Assembly (NCBI GenBank): GCA_951406725.2
Contig: OX597814.1
Coordinates: 96,472,001-96,536,000 of the forward strand
Direction: 5' to 3'
Source of the DNA: Octopus vulgaris
Lineage: Eukaryota
Length of the DNA: 64,000 bases
Position 1 is the first letter of the stretch; each line of letters begins with the position of its first letter. Positions 52,026-64,000 of the stretch are shown in pieces. Both the position numbers and the translations under genes were made by a program. The notes below the pieces were generated by a model. It was given only the letters and a program-made list of their open reading frames with translations, searched no databases and was not told the DNA's origin.

Positions 52026-55000
52026 TGAATAATTTTTCTTGTGGCAAAGACACTACATGATAGAAACTCTTCTTAAATATTTCAGTCTATGCTTTTATGA
52101 TTGTTAAGACAAATTTTTTGCTTCAAAACTGCTATGATTATTTTTAGGAATACAATCTTAAAATATCTAAATTATGTTTTTTAGAATTTTCATGGAAATA
52201 TTGGCCGAAGAGAGAGTCATTCATTCAAATAGGTAGTAAGACACTCAGAGAAAGTGAACAGTAGGCACTCAGAGAAGTTCTCCACGCCAGGCTATTGTAT
52301 TGGCCCGGTGGCCTAGCCCTATCCAGGTCATGGGTTCTAGATAACTCCTTCCTGCCATAAACTGTTCTACTGTCTATATTGCACCCCTCATGGATGATTA
52401 AGGTGCCTCAGAGTCAAGGTGTCCCTGGTGTTGTAATCAGTTCAAATATAGCTTCATGTTTTAATAAGGCCTCCTCCGTTTTCTTATCCAATTCTTTTAG
52501 ATAAGTTTGTTTTTTAAATCATTCTTTTCTCCTTTAATCTTTTCGTCCTCAAAATATCAATGTTTAGCACATTAAATCAGAAGAATTTACAGTGATCCTT
52601 TTATGTTTGTTTAAATACGTATTTATATTTGTCGATTATAATATTTTGACTGTAACAATGACAAAAATTTACAAGAAAATTCAAAGAACCGCCATTACTT
52701 CCTACATGTATACTGATCTATCAATTTAGAATTTAGCATATAAATTAAGAGCGTTAAAACTATGTTTATCGTTTACCAAACGCACTCCGATTAATCAGCT
52801 CCGCCCAGTAGGTAATTGTCAACAAAGATACTGCATTGATCTTAAATTAGAGTCATTTCAAGGCTGTTGCTGTGTACAATCTAAAGCTCTTTATTGAATG
52901 AAAACGAATGGCTTTAGGAAGATGTATTTATGTATGTGTGTGTGTGACTGCATGTGTGTGTGTATGTGCGTGTATTTATACACACACACACACATATATA
53001 TATATATGTATATATATATATACATATGTATATATATATACACATATGAATATATATATATACATATATACATATGTATATGTGTGTATATATATAATAT
53101 ATATATATATATATGCATATGAAAAAAAACGCTAGAACGCTTCATCGTCATCATAATCATTAAACACCATCTTCCTCATCATCAACATCCCCATCCTCTT
53201 CTCCTACATCATCATCATCATCATCATAGCCGTCATCGTCCGTCGTTAACATCATTACCACCACCACCACACCACCGTCAGTATCCTCATCATTGTTTTT
53301 GTCGTCATGGACATCATCATCTTTATCACTATCCCCATGTTATCAGCATGTAATCACCACCGCCATCATCATCACCATCATCATTACCGTCACCGTCACT
53401 GCAACAGCCACTACAGCAATACTACCTTTAACACGACTAGCTTCCGCATCCTTCATGATCATCATCGTCATCATTACGATCGCTCTTCGCCGCCGCCATC
53501 GCCGTCGCCACCATTGTCATCGTCGTCGTCGTCATTTTCTTTCCAAGGTCTTCCTAGTCAAGAAACAACCTAAAGGAAAACAAAACCAACCTAATAAATC
53601 CAAATTGTTAAGACGTAATATCTGTGTATTGAGTTCAATTTTACCAAAATATGTTTATCGTAATTTCTTAGTGGTAAGACTCTTCTAGATCACAAAAAAA
53701 AAAGACAAAAAAACATTGACAATCTCACTGAACTGAAATAGAACTAGGAGGAACCCGAGACAATTTTTTTGTAGGTAATCAATGTTAGAAATGAGACACT
53801 AATAAACGATTTGACTAAGCTTTAAAGATATTCTTTTAATACATACTTCAAAATATAAGCATTGGGTGCTATGACAAAAGAAATATAATACATACTTTTG
53901 TTGTTGTTGCTGTTGTTGTTGTCACTAGGTTCTACAATCAAACGCGTTCCAACTATGATGTATATGGTAGTGATGGTGGTGATGATGATGGTAGAGGTGA
54001 TGATGATAATGGTGACGATGATAATGGTGACGATGATGATGGTTATAGTAATGCCAAAGATAGTGGCGTTAACATTATTGTTCTTGTTGGTGATGGTGGT
54101 GATGGTGGTGGAAGTGATCGTGATGATAAAAATAACGTTGAGTATGAAGGTGGCGACAACAACTAAGATAGACATAAAACATAAACAAGAACTACATTTT
54201 CCAATATATTCTTCTTTGTATAAGCTATTAGGATGAGGTTAGAGAGGAATTCGGCTACTATTTCTTGCAGATCGAACGACCACGTAAAATCTAAATCACT
54301 TGCTAGTAAAATACAAGCTTTAATCAAAACTAAAGTGAAAAAAAAAAGAATTCTTGGGATCCGTAATATAACTATTTCAAAGCTTTGATACTGTAAGAGT
54401 ATAATGTTGGAATACTCTTGTTTTGAATATTCAACAATATTTTATACACCAAGCTATGATATATACTTATACTGAAAAATAAACATAAGAAGCTATTGAA
54501 AAACTCTCTAAAGATTAATTTGAAAACATATAATTGTTAGTTACGCTACGTTCTTTAGATTCAGACACATTTAATCATGTTTTGCTAGGAAAATGCAAAT
54601 TTAAACTTGGCCTCCAAATATATCGAATTCAGAATGTATCAGCATAATTTTCTTTATAATTTTAAATGAATATGGCTTTCTCTTCTTGCTCCAAATATTT
54701 TCCAGTTACCATAGGTCAGATGATGCATCTAATTGGCATTTTCTCTCTACTTTGATCTCACAATATTCTTTGTAGTGTAGCACAATAAATGATAATTTGG
54801 CATAGGCGTCAGAGCGTTAGATGTATTTTCTCTCGATATTTGTTCTTGCTCTTGGTTCTGTGAGTTCAAATCCCGTCGAAGTCAATTTTGCATTTCGTCC
54901 TTTCGGAGTCTAAAAACTAGGAGCAACTGAGGGCAGTGCATTGGTGGAATTGTAAGAACATAGGACTGGACAGTTCACGTTACCTGTTCTAGCTCTGCGT

Positions 55001-56101
55001 TCAAATCTTGTCATAGCTTACTTGGGTGGTGGAGTTAATCTATAGCCTAGTTTAATACCACCATCTGACACTTTCTGCGTCTTTTGTGGCGTCGACCACG
55101 TTGCAAACACTCATCCCAGGTCTCCGGTTTCAGGATATCTTCTTCCCTATCACTAATATTTGAGACCCTCTGAATGTTCAGAGACACAACCTTCTTCCCT
55201 TCTCTCTAAACTTATGTGAAAAGTTAAGCATTTACAACACAAAATAATTAATGAACGATTTCAGCGCCATTTCCGCACTTCCAAAATGCGTACATCAACA
55301 CCAGAAGCTCATATTACTTTTCTTGAAGGAATACAGGAAAATATAAGCTATAAATATTTAGGCTGCTCTCTTTATAAAGGTGACGACGCGAAAGAATACA
55401 TCAAGACAAATAGCCCAACGATGCAATCTCTGTGTCCACACAACTTGCTAACAAGAGCAGTCAAACTTCCTTTAAATAAATAATTACCATCTGCAAAATA
55501 ACACGTTTCATAACTCAGTTGTGTTACAGTATACTTCATAACATGATCTGACGAACTGTTGATTGGTAATAGAAAATTCGATATTTACCACCAGAGGGAG
55601 TCTCTATGCGTCGCTCCACCGTCTTGAAATAGCAGCAGCATTTCCTCGAATCACTATGTAGAGTCTTAAAAGAGCAAACACACATTGGACGACGCAGTGA
55701 CACACAAACACACACACACACATACATACACACACACAAGTAAACTTTTGCTAGAAGACTAAATTTCAAAACAAATATGAATAGTTGTTTTTTGCATGGT
55801 TTTGTCGTATGTGGGCTTCAAGAAAGTTTACTGCATCTTCTTGCTGAGTAAAGTAATCTTTAAAAAGACAGTATAACCATGAGACTGTGTAATGATGTTT
55901 CTATTGTCCAAACAAAGTTATCAGATTACACCGGAGTTAAAAACAATCTAAAGAAACTGCAATAAATTCTGCCGGTAATTCTCAATAAAATATCTATTAA
56001 CAGTGAGATACTGACAGAACAAAAGCCTTTGAATAAGCATCCAACAGGTAGATATTGGACAGGAAGAATAAAGTGTCAGCGTTTTGAATAAGGAAACAAT
56101 A

Positions 56102-56252
56102 AAATGTTTCTTAGGAGTATATATAACAATTGAAGCAATATACTTAACTACATCTTCTATTTATACTTTCAAACTGTTTCAAATGTTTCTTAGGAGTATA
56201 TACCAATTGAAGCAATATACTTAACTACATCTTCTATTTATACTTTCAAACT
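56102..56252. repeat. ~78-bp tandem duplication
   Basis: aaatgtttcttaggagtata...atactttcaaact occurs twice. Confidence 0.85.
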
Positions 56253-56349
56253 CTTTAGTATATGAACAAATTCACAGAAAACCTGTTGTTATGTTACACT
56301 CTGTAAAATGTGTCCTCGTAGGTTGCCTCTGCAGATATTTATATCTTTA

Positions 56350-57400
56350 TCGCTTCTTCTGGAAGAAGAACTCTATCCATGACCTTCGGTAAATATTCCC
56401 CGAGATTAGTGGAATCAATACATTTTGTGTTTGTTCATATTGAGCATCTGTAAGTTTATATCTGCCGCAAAAATGGGGGTGTGCAGTGAATTCCAGAATG
56501 TTGGCGTCCAAGAGAAGGAGGTCGGGTGATGTTAACGTAGGATTTGTGTGTGAAGGGGAAGAGTATAAAAACTCTATAAGCAGGATGCTTAACGAGGAGG
56601 ATGTCAAGTACAACGACATTACTTTCACTGATATTTTCAAGGACCACATGTCATCGATATAGGTACGTGTTTAATCTGCCTACACAGGAGACATAATGGT
56701 AGTCACTGAAGAGGCAGAGAGACTCAACATGTTGAAGAAAATGTTTGTTAATAACTGATTCCATCACCTTTGAAACAATGAAAATTAGACGGTTAGGTCG
56801 AAAATTGGAAGTCTAGGAGAGAGTACTCTTCTCTGGGGTGGATACATTAACGGTTCCCTTTAGAAATATGTCACAGAGAAATCGCGATAGATCGCTGCAG
56901 AGAGAGACAACGACGGAAGAATTTGGCTGGGATAGATGTTAGTTCTAGAATTTTAGATTTGCAGAAACATTTGAAAGTAACAGAAGAAACAGTGTTAATA
57001 ACGGTGATGTTTTGGCTTGAAGTAAATGGAGGTATTTTCACATTTGACAAGTACGCGGTTCTGAGACTGTAGAATAGAGAAGAAATGTTTTAAAGTAGTT
57101 ATACTTGGGGTAGAGCAAAGTCTACATCTAATGTGGATCTGGGTGCAAAATGGAATGTAAAAGTTTTATACGCAGAATTACTGTTTACGGAATCATCAAG
57201 GTTGAGGCTCAGTGGATGTAGAAATGCCACAAATTTGTAGAAAACCGATTGATAAGGGACCAAAAGAACCAGCTGCAATTTGAGATGCGGGTTAGCTTGA
57301 AGGCTATAGGATGCACGAGACATTTTTTTTCTTTTATCATGTTGTTAGAGTCCCGCTATTGGGTATGTAAAGACCGTACAGAGAGAAAGGTAACGAGAAT
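56350..57400 (-). pseudogene. Highly decayed Penelope-like reverse transcriptase
   Basis: TLDVD near 57130, TNIF near 56745, TYIDDMW near 56660, PSLDANI and YKLTD remnants in the expected order. Confidence 0.55.
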
Positions 57401-60348
57401 AAGTCTCAGGTACATCACACAGCCCTTACAATAAATATAAAAAGAATAATATTTATATGTGCCAGAGAGAAAAGAGAGAGACACAACCGAGTAGAATGTT
57501 TAAAAGAAGATTTATTGATATGTTAACATGTGTGTCTGTGTGTGCATCATGTATACAGAATAATAAACAGGCCATCATGAGAACAAAGTGTATGTGTGTA
57601 TAGACATGGTTGCATGCGCGTGTGTTAAGTACGTATAAGAATAGCAACGAAGAAGCAAATAGTGAAAGAGTCTATAATGAGTATGTTCATAAACACGAGA
57701 ACGAGAATACCAGTTCATAGTCAATTGTACACGGCAGTTGAAATACTGCATCAAGAAGATGCGGCCATGATGCTGAATCGGTTGCGGTACATACCGTACG
57801 ATAGGTTGTGGCTGTAATGCTGTTACTTAATTACTTGGTACAAGGGTGCTGGCAGGTTGTACATTTGCTGATGATCCTTGGTGGAGTAATTCACGACCAG
57901 TGAAGTGTTGGAGCCTGGGCGAGTTGCTTTTTGAGCTGTGTACGTAGAGAGATGATGTTGACGTCAGGACGTTAAGAAGATGATGGTGGCGACGAAGAAG
58001 GTGATTGCTGTAATGCTGTTGGACGAAGTTGGTAAGTCTCAGCGTGACTCTGTGGTATCGTCGCTGGAACTGGCTGTATCTTGTGTTGGCAGTGGCTAGA
58101 CCTTAAAAGATCTGAAACCAAAGACGTCAAGACGAGGAGATGTTGGGTTTTTATAAGGAGCTGAAGGCTCAAAACTAGAGATGTGCTACAGCTAAGGAGT
58201 GAAAGATTTGTCTCTTAGTGTTTGTCTTTCGGGAGATGATTGTCAGGGTCTAAGCCAGATCAAAGCCTACGGATGTTTGTATATAAAAGGTAAAAATGAC
58301 TCAGCAGACTGAGTATTATTCATCTGATTTCCTTTTTAGATTATTCAATGGAGGTTAGGTGACAGAGCGAGAAATAAGACCAGTGAGAAATAAGACCATA
58401 ATCCCTGAATTATCGTTATTTCAATACCTATAATTAGCGCGGAAACAACAGATGGACTTCTGAATCTTGGAGAGAAAGGATACAGAAATATATACGAGTA
58501 GATAAGCTAGCCTTACTCTCAAGGAATTATTACTTAGTGAAGGCTCTTTGTTTTATTTGGTGGCAGGCCTTTAAAGAGAAACATTTTTATATCTATCCTC
58601 TGACAAATAGTGATACTACCTGAAGGAAAGTGTTGCGAAAATCGATGTGTCAAGACATCATATAAATTTTCCGAAAGTCTGATCAGAAGGTACTCAGCTA
58701 TAAGTTTTCAATGAATGGTTAAATAAGTATAAAATGGTGCGATATGTTAAACCTACAGATGTTTCAATAAGCTGAAGCAAAATGAATCGGTCTGCAAATT
58801 CGGATACCCCGTACTTTTATGGATCTAGGAATTGACTAAAAATGTTTGGGACTGTTTTGCTTAGATGAAGCTTGTTTAGATATATTGTATGAAGCGTAAT
58901 CTTATTTACGTATTGTATTAGACAATCTTTATTACACTGATAATACATACCTGGAATATCAACTCTTTGAAGTTCTTAGAAGCGAGAAGTGGTAAGAACG
59001 GAGATGATAAAACAAAAGGTGTGGAAGACGTTGTTGCTATCCATTCCATTCTGTATTGCTAACTTATGGCAGCTGATTTTATTCTTTCAGAAATTATATC
59101 AATTTGGAAGATGGTGACTTTCAAAGAAAGGCTATTAATTCCAAAGCTATATATATAATAAATCCAAGGGAATCTAATAAAACTGGTGAATGTTTTATTT
59201 TTCCGCACCGCAATAAATTTATCGATATTTTAATCTTTTGATCTTGGTAAGCAGACATTTTCAAACTTGAGTGGTACGAATTCGTGTAATAAAAAAAAAG
59301 CTATATGTTTACTTGTTTACGTAGATTTTTTTCTAATTGTATTTGAATATTTATATAGTGAAGGAATTTTAAGTTGTCATCTACATTGATTCCAATATCT
59401 TATCCTGCCTCTCTCTTTCATTGGGACTTTCTTTACGTTATTGTTTCCAAGACTGAAAAGTTAGCATTTACATCCAATCAACAGTTCAGTCAAAATAGTC
59501 TTACCATATTTTGATGCAGTGTGAAATGCATTATTAATTACTGTATATTAATTATTCAGGCAAATGCAAAAGACAACTAAGAAAATTTACTAAACATACT
59601 CTATATATTAGCAGAAGTGAAAAATTAGCATATTTAGAGAATGAATTATTGATATATTACACTTGAAGCAAACATTTCGACTCTTCAGAATCTGCTGTTA
59701 AAAAGTGCTTAGCATCATCCACAGCTTTTGATAAGCATGACAAAATGGATTCCGTTCGATGAAAGATAATTTATTAAAGTGACATATATTGAGAGATATT
59801 CCTTCAGGCTGTTACGGTACCATCTACAATTTAATGAATATTGTATTAATTTCTTTGCGAATTTTCCTTTTGCTGGTGCTGCCTCACGTTATGTCGGCAC
59901 TGTTTAGTAGATTCAAATGATGATTAACCTGAATTTCTTCTTCAGATATAGAATACTCTGGAGTAGATTATTCAGTATCTCTATTTTAAAGATGGTAGAT
60001 GCGGTTTTTCCTTTCCAACATGATAGTTATTCCGACTACATTATTTAACGCATTATTTTTGAAAAAAAAGTAGGTTGTGATTTGAGACAAATTTGACTGG
60101 CGTTTCTTGCAAGTCGAGCACTTCGGTAAGATCAACCCTTGTTGCAATATTAGGAAAATTCTTAAAGTGCACGTGAATGGTAATTGCAATAATTATTTAA
60201 TAATTAAACGAGAATTTTTTTTTTACCAAATTAAGTGATCTAGATTCGTTTCCTTTTAAGATGTTGAAGCATTTCTCAGGATGATTCTAAGAAGTGAAAG
60301 CAAGATATTTGGCGGACCCAGAGGCGTACACAGATGCTTCTCCAACAC

Positions 60349-60396
<48 letters not shown>

Positions 60397-61497
60397 CTCT
60401 CTCTCTCTCTCTTTCTTTCTCTCTCTTTTTCTTTCTCTCTCTCTCACGCACGTATGTATACACATACACGAATAAAAAAACATACAGTTGCTCATACCTA
60501 CACATCCAATTACTCAATCACTTAACAACTAGCATTTCCTGCATACACTTGGTCTGCTTTCTATATTTTCAACTGTAACATGGAAATTAAGTCAAGGAAA
60601 ATGTCAATGAAGCAAATGAAAAAAAATATCGAAATACGACTCCATGAGGATTACTAAATTCTTTTATTCTTTTCCTGATTTCGAGAATTTTAGTCGATTG
60701 TAATCGAGTTAAGTCAGTGACCCTAATTTTTATAATAAGTAATCCTGATTTTTATCGACATATGGCTGTAGTTGTTTAACCACTAAGTCATTGAAGAGAA
60801 AAGAAGACATTAAATTTGTAAAGTCTGTCTTCAGATATCTTTCTGTCCACGTCACTCTTTCTTCTTTGTGTACTTTATTTAAAGGAGGCAATTGTGCGAA
60901 ATTTATGACTTTGCCTATTTCTTTTAGGATTGTGCAACGTTTTTCCTTTGTATGTTAGAGATTCCTGATTCTTCAAAGATGCTAGTTAACCCACTTTTCT
61001 TGTACATAATTCTTTTGAGTTTTCTCTCATCCCTATTTGTGATATTCTTGAAACCCGTTTTCTTCCTTATTCTTACTCCCTCAATATTTTCTACCTGTAT
61101 TTTTTTTTATTGTTTTGTGATCTCCATTTAGCATTTAAAAAATTGCAATTGTTGTATCCCCAGTAGTTTCCATATTTATTTCTTCCCCTTTAATGTTATA
61201 TCTTTGCTTCGACCCTTTTCTATATTTCCTGTATCTGAAATTAAGAAAAAAACATTTAAAAATCATATAACACACGGAGGAAAGCAGTATCATGTTAACT
61301 TGCATAATAAAAATAAACATCCTAAAAACGTACTTTTCTTCATTTCCGCTTTAAATGCACACCGATTTAAACGAAGAGTACACGAGACATGGAATATGTA
61401 CTCCTACATTTCCCGTAAAAATTTTAAGAGAATCGGACAAGGAGTTTTGATTTTATTGAAGAATGATTGACCTGCATGATAAAAGGAAACATAGTGC

Positions 61498-61579
<82 letters not shown>

Positions 61580-61592
61580 ATATATATTTGTG

Positions 61593-61627
<35 letters not shown>

Positions 61628-61950
61628 GCAAAGAAATAAGATGGAAGAAGTTGTTTTCAACAATTTCTTCCATTCCATTTATTTGCAGATTTGATGATTG
61701 TCACATTATAAGTAGCTTTTCGAAATAGAGTTGTGTAGTACCTGTCATCTTGTCGAAATTGTCTGTCTAATGTGGATATGGGACGGAACGCTTTTGATGC
61801 ATAGGTAAATAAAATTATTGATGAATTATCGAGTGGTCTGTGTTCAGCGTGCAAACCGTGTTTATGCTTAGAGACTAACAAACTGCGTCTTACCACGATA
61901 ACTCTTTTTACATCATACATGCATACATACTGACAGACAGACATACATGC

Positions 61951-62015
<65 letters not shown>

Positions 62016-62316
62016 TATATATATGTCAATATATACATATATATATATCGATATATGTGTATATATATTTGTCAATACATATATATACATATTTATGCAC
62101 ACACACACACATACTTATATATATCTGCATACGTACATGTATAAACACATAAATGCACCTATGGATTGGTAGACGTTTTCATTTTCAACGAAAAATTACG
62201 CAATTTGTACGTAGATATTATTTATAGATAGTTACTGGTTGCCACAGAGACATTTGCAACTCAAAAAACAACGGCTGCATTGGACTAACAGAAAGTTCCG
62301 GCATAAAAAGGTTCGG

Positions 62317-62352
<36 letters not shown>

Positions 62353-63006
62353 TACACACAAAGTCCGAATCTCTGAAAAGCAACTCAACACTCCATTGCC
62401 CAAATTTATTTGGAATTTAAAGGATAATCAAATTCACAGTTGCAAAATCAATTTGTCTATTATAGAACGCGCATTTTTCTACGTTAGTGACTCCAGAATC
62501 AGTGACTTTTGTCTCTTTGAGAAATTTATCATCCGATTACAGCGTTTTGTAATTTTGATCAAAAGAATGTAATTGGTAAATTCTTGCAGACACTCCCAAC
62601 GGCATTTATTGAGAATTTTCTAATAAATGGCTAAAGTAGTTTGTTTCTCACATAATGGATTTACATTACTCTAAAAAATGGTCATATTTTGAAAAGAATA
62701 CCTAATCAACACTGAAATGTCATTAATGAGCCAACATCTTTGCTTTAGTGTATTTTATACATATAATACAGAAGATATGAAAATAAAACGAGTGTATATG
62801 GATTGAATACACAAGCTGTATATGACAGTTGAATAAATGAATATGTAAAGAATTTTCTAATGGTTTTGGCAACCAATCATATTTCAATGACGACTCCTAT
62901 TTCCATGTTTGTACGATGTTTATATTATGTCACGCTACTTTCCTTCATTGATAGTCTCACTTATCGGTAATATGTAACGAGTCAAGAAGCTTCAATTACT
63001 GATGAC

Positions 63007-63038
<32 letters not shown>

Positions 63039-63074
63039 GGAGGAGGAGGAGGAGGAGGAGGAGGAGGAGGATGG

Positions 63075-63492
63075 TGATATCAAGATAAACAGCGCATGAC
63101 CTTGCAGATGGGGTCCAGTTAGAAATTTCTTCTTGTCGAGTAGCCCATCCCGCTCAAAAGGTCCCTGAATAAGGATTGTTTAAGGATGTTGAACGAAACA
63201 CCCATGTTTCCAAAGGTCAATTATCCAATTCTCCAAGACTTCCTTTCAACACACGGCTATGATGCTCCCCCACTACTTCTGCTCGTGATAAGAGATGCAC
63301 ATATCGTCAGCCACTAAGGGACATGGTCAACTGGTTAAGGTCAAACAACTGACAAACAAATCTGTAGTATTGAGCAGAATATTTGCTGTAGTCCATCTTT
63401 TATACCAAGACAAAACAATGTACATGATAACACTTCCAATCAGTTAAGATCAGAAGCCATGAGAGCCACTGTCTGGTACTGCATCAGGGCAT
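63075..63492 (-). mobile_element. Repeat family C between (GAT)n/(GAG)n tracts
   Basis: highly similar to 22220-22662. Confidence 0.8.
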
Positions 63493-63494
63493 AT

Positions 63495-63544
<50 letters not shown>

Positions 63545-64000
63545 AAGAGCGAGGGTAATATAGCTAGCAACTATAGACCAATCACTTGCTTATCATTGGT
63601 GCGGAAACTGTTGGCAAGTATGCTTTCAGAAAGCATTTACGAGTACTTTGAAATCCAAAAGTTGCTACCAGAAGAACAGAAAGGTTGCAGGAAGAAGGCT
63701 AGAGGAACGTATGATCTATTATACATAGACAAAGCAGTTCTAAATGAAGTAAAAGCTAGAAAGAAAAATCAAACAACAGCATGGATAGATTATAACAAAG
63801 CCAATGACATGATCACACACTCATGGATAAGTGAATGTTTGAGCATATTCAGTATAGCAGACAACATAAGAGAATTAATCAGCTTTAGCATGAAGAAATG
63901 GAAAATTGATCTCTACTCAGGTGACACATTCTTAGAGAAAGTTAATATCAGAAAAGGAGTTTCCCAGAGGGACTCGTTGTCCCCTTTAATATTTGTCTTA
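63545..64000 (+). mobile_element. R4/Dong-clade LINE RT, 5'-truncated, open to the window end
   Basis: uninterrupted frame NYRPITCL...LPEEQKGCRK...AWIDYNKANDMITHSW...RKGVSQRDSLSPLIFVL; absent from the ORF track, probably because no stop is reached. Confidence 0.9.

Noticed and set aside
53140-54170. His/Thr/Ile-rich and Val/Met-rich ORFs
   Set aside because: Degenerate (CAT)n and (GAT)n trinucleotide tracts with no exon evidence.
59671-59692. CTGAAGA-gtc-GAAA on the minus strand
   Set aside because: No stem II and no convincing stem I or III; probably chance.
57700-59900. Possible coding remnants (Ser/Pro-rich frame at 57972-58172; faint hAT-like words at 58500-59800)
   Set aside because: Too decayed to assign by eye; needs a profile search.

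Overview
This is an AT-rich, microsatellite-dense eukaryotic window with no recognisable host protein-coding exon. The SINE families suggest a cephalopod, most likely Octopus (inference). Almost all listed ORFs are microsatellite or repeat artefacts. The window is a mosaic of decayed transposons: Tc1, mariner, Tigger/pogo, MULE, hAT, a non-autonomous Helitron, CR1/Jockey-like, Tx1/L1, R4/Dong and Hero-like LINEs, Penelope RT and GIY-YIG remnants, and several tRNA-derived SINE families. The main signal is a set of unrelated non-coding elements of about 230-600 bp sitting in (TA)n tracts. Each carries a type I hammerhead ribozyme fold that I could pair by eye, and they occur as tandem arrays, terminally redundant monomers or inverted, circularly permuted fold-backs. 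The best example is a near-identical 3.1 x 491 bp array at 41585-43127 with one intact hammerhead per unit. This looks like a diverse retrozyme or non-autonomous Penelope-type system with unusual catalytic-core variants (U3-A8, C4, U10.1.U11.1) and a shared TGYTATTTCYAR motif. All folds are manual and no activity has been shown.
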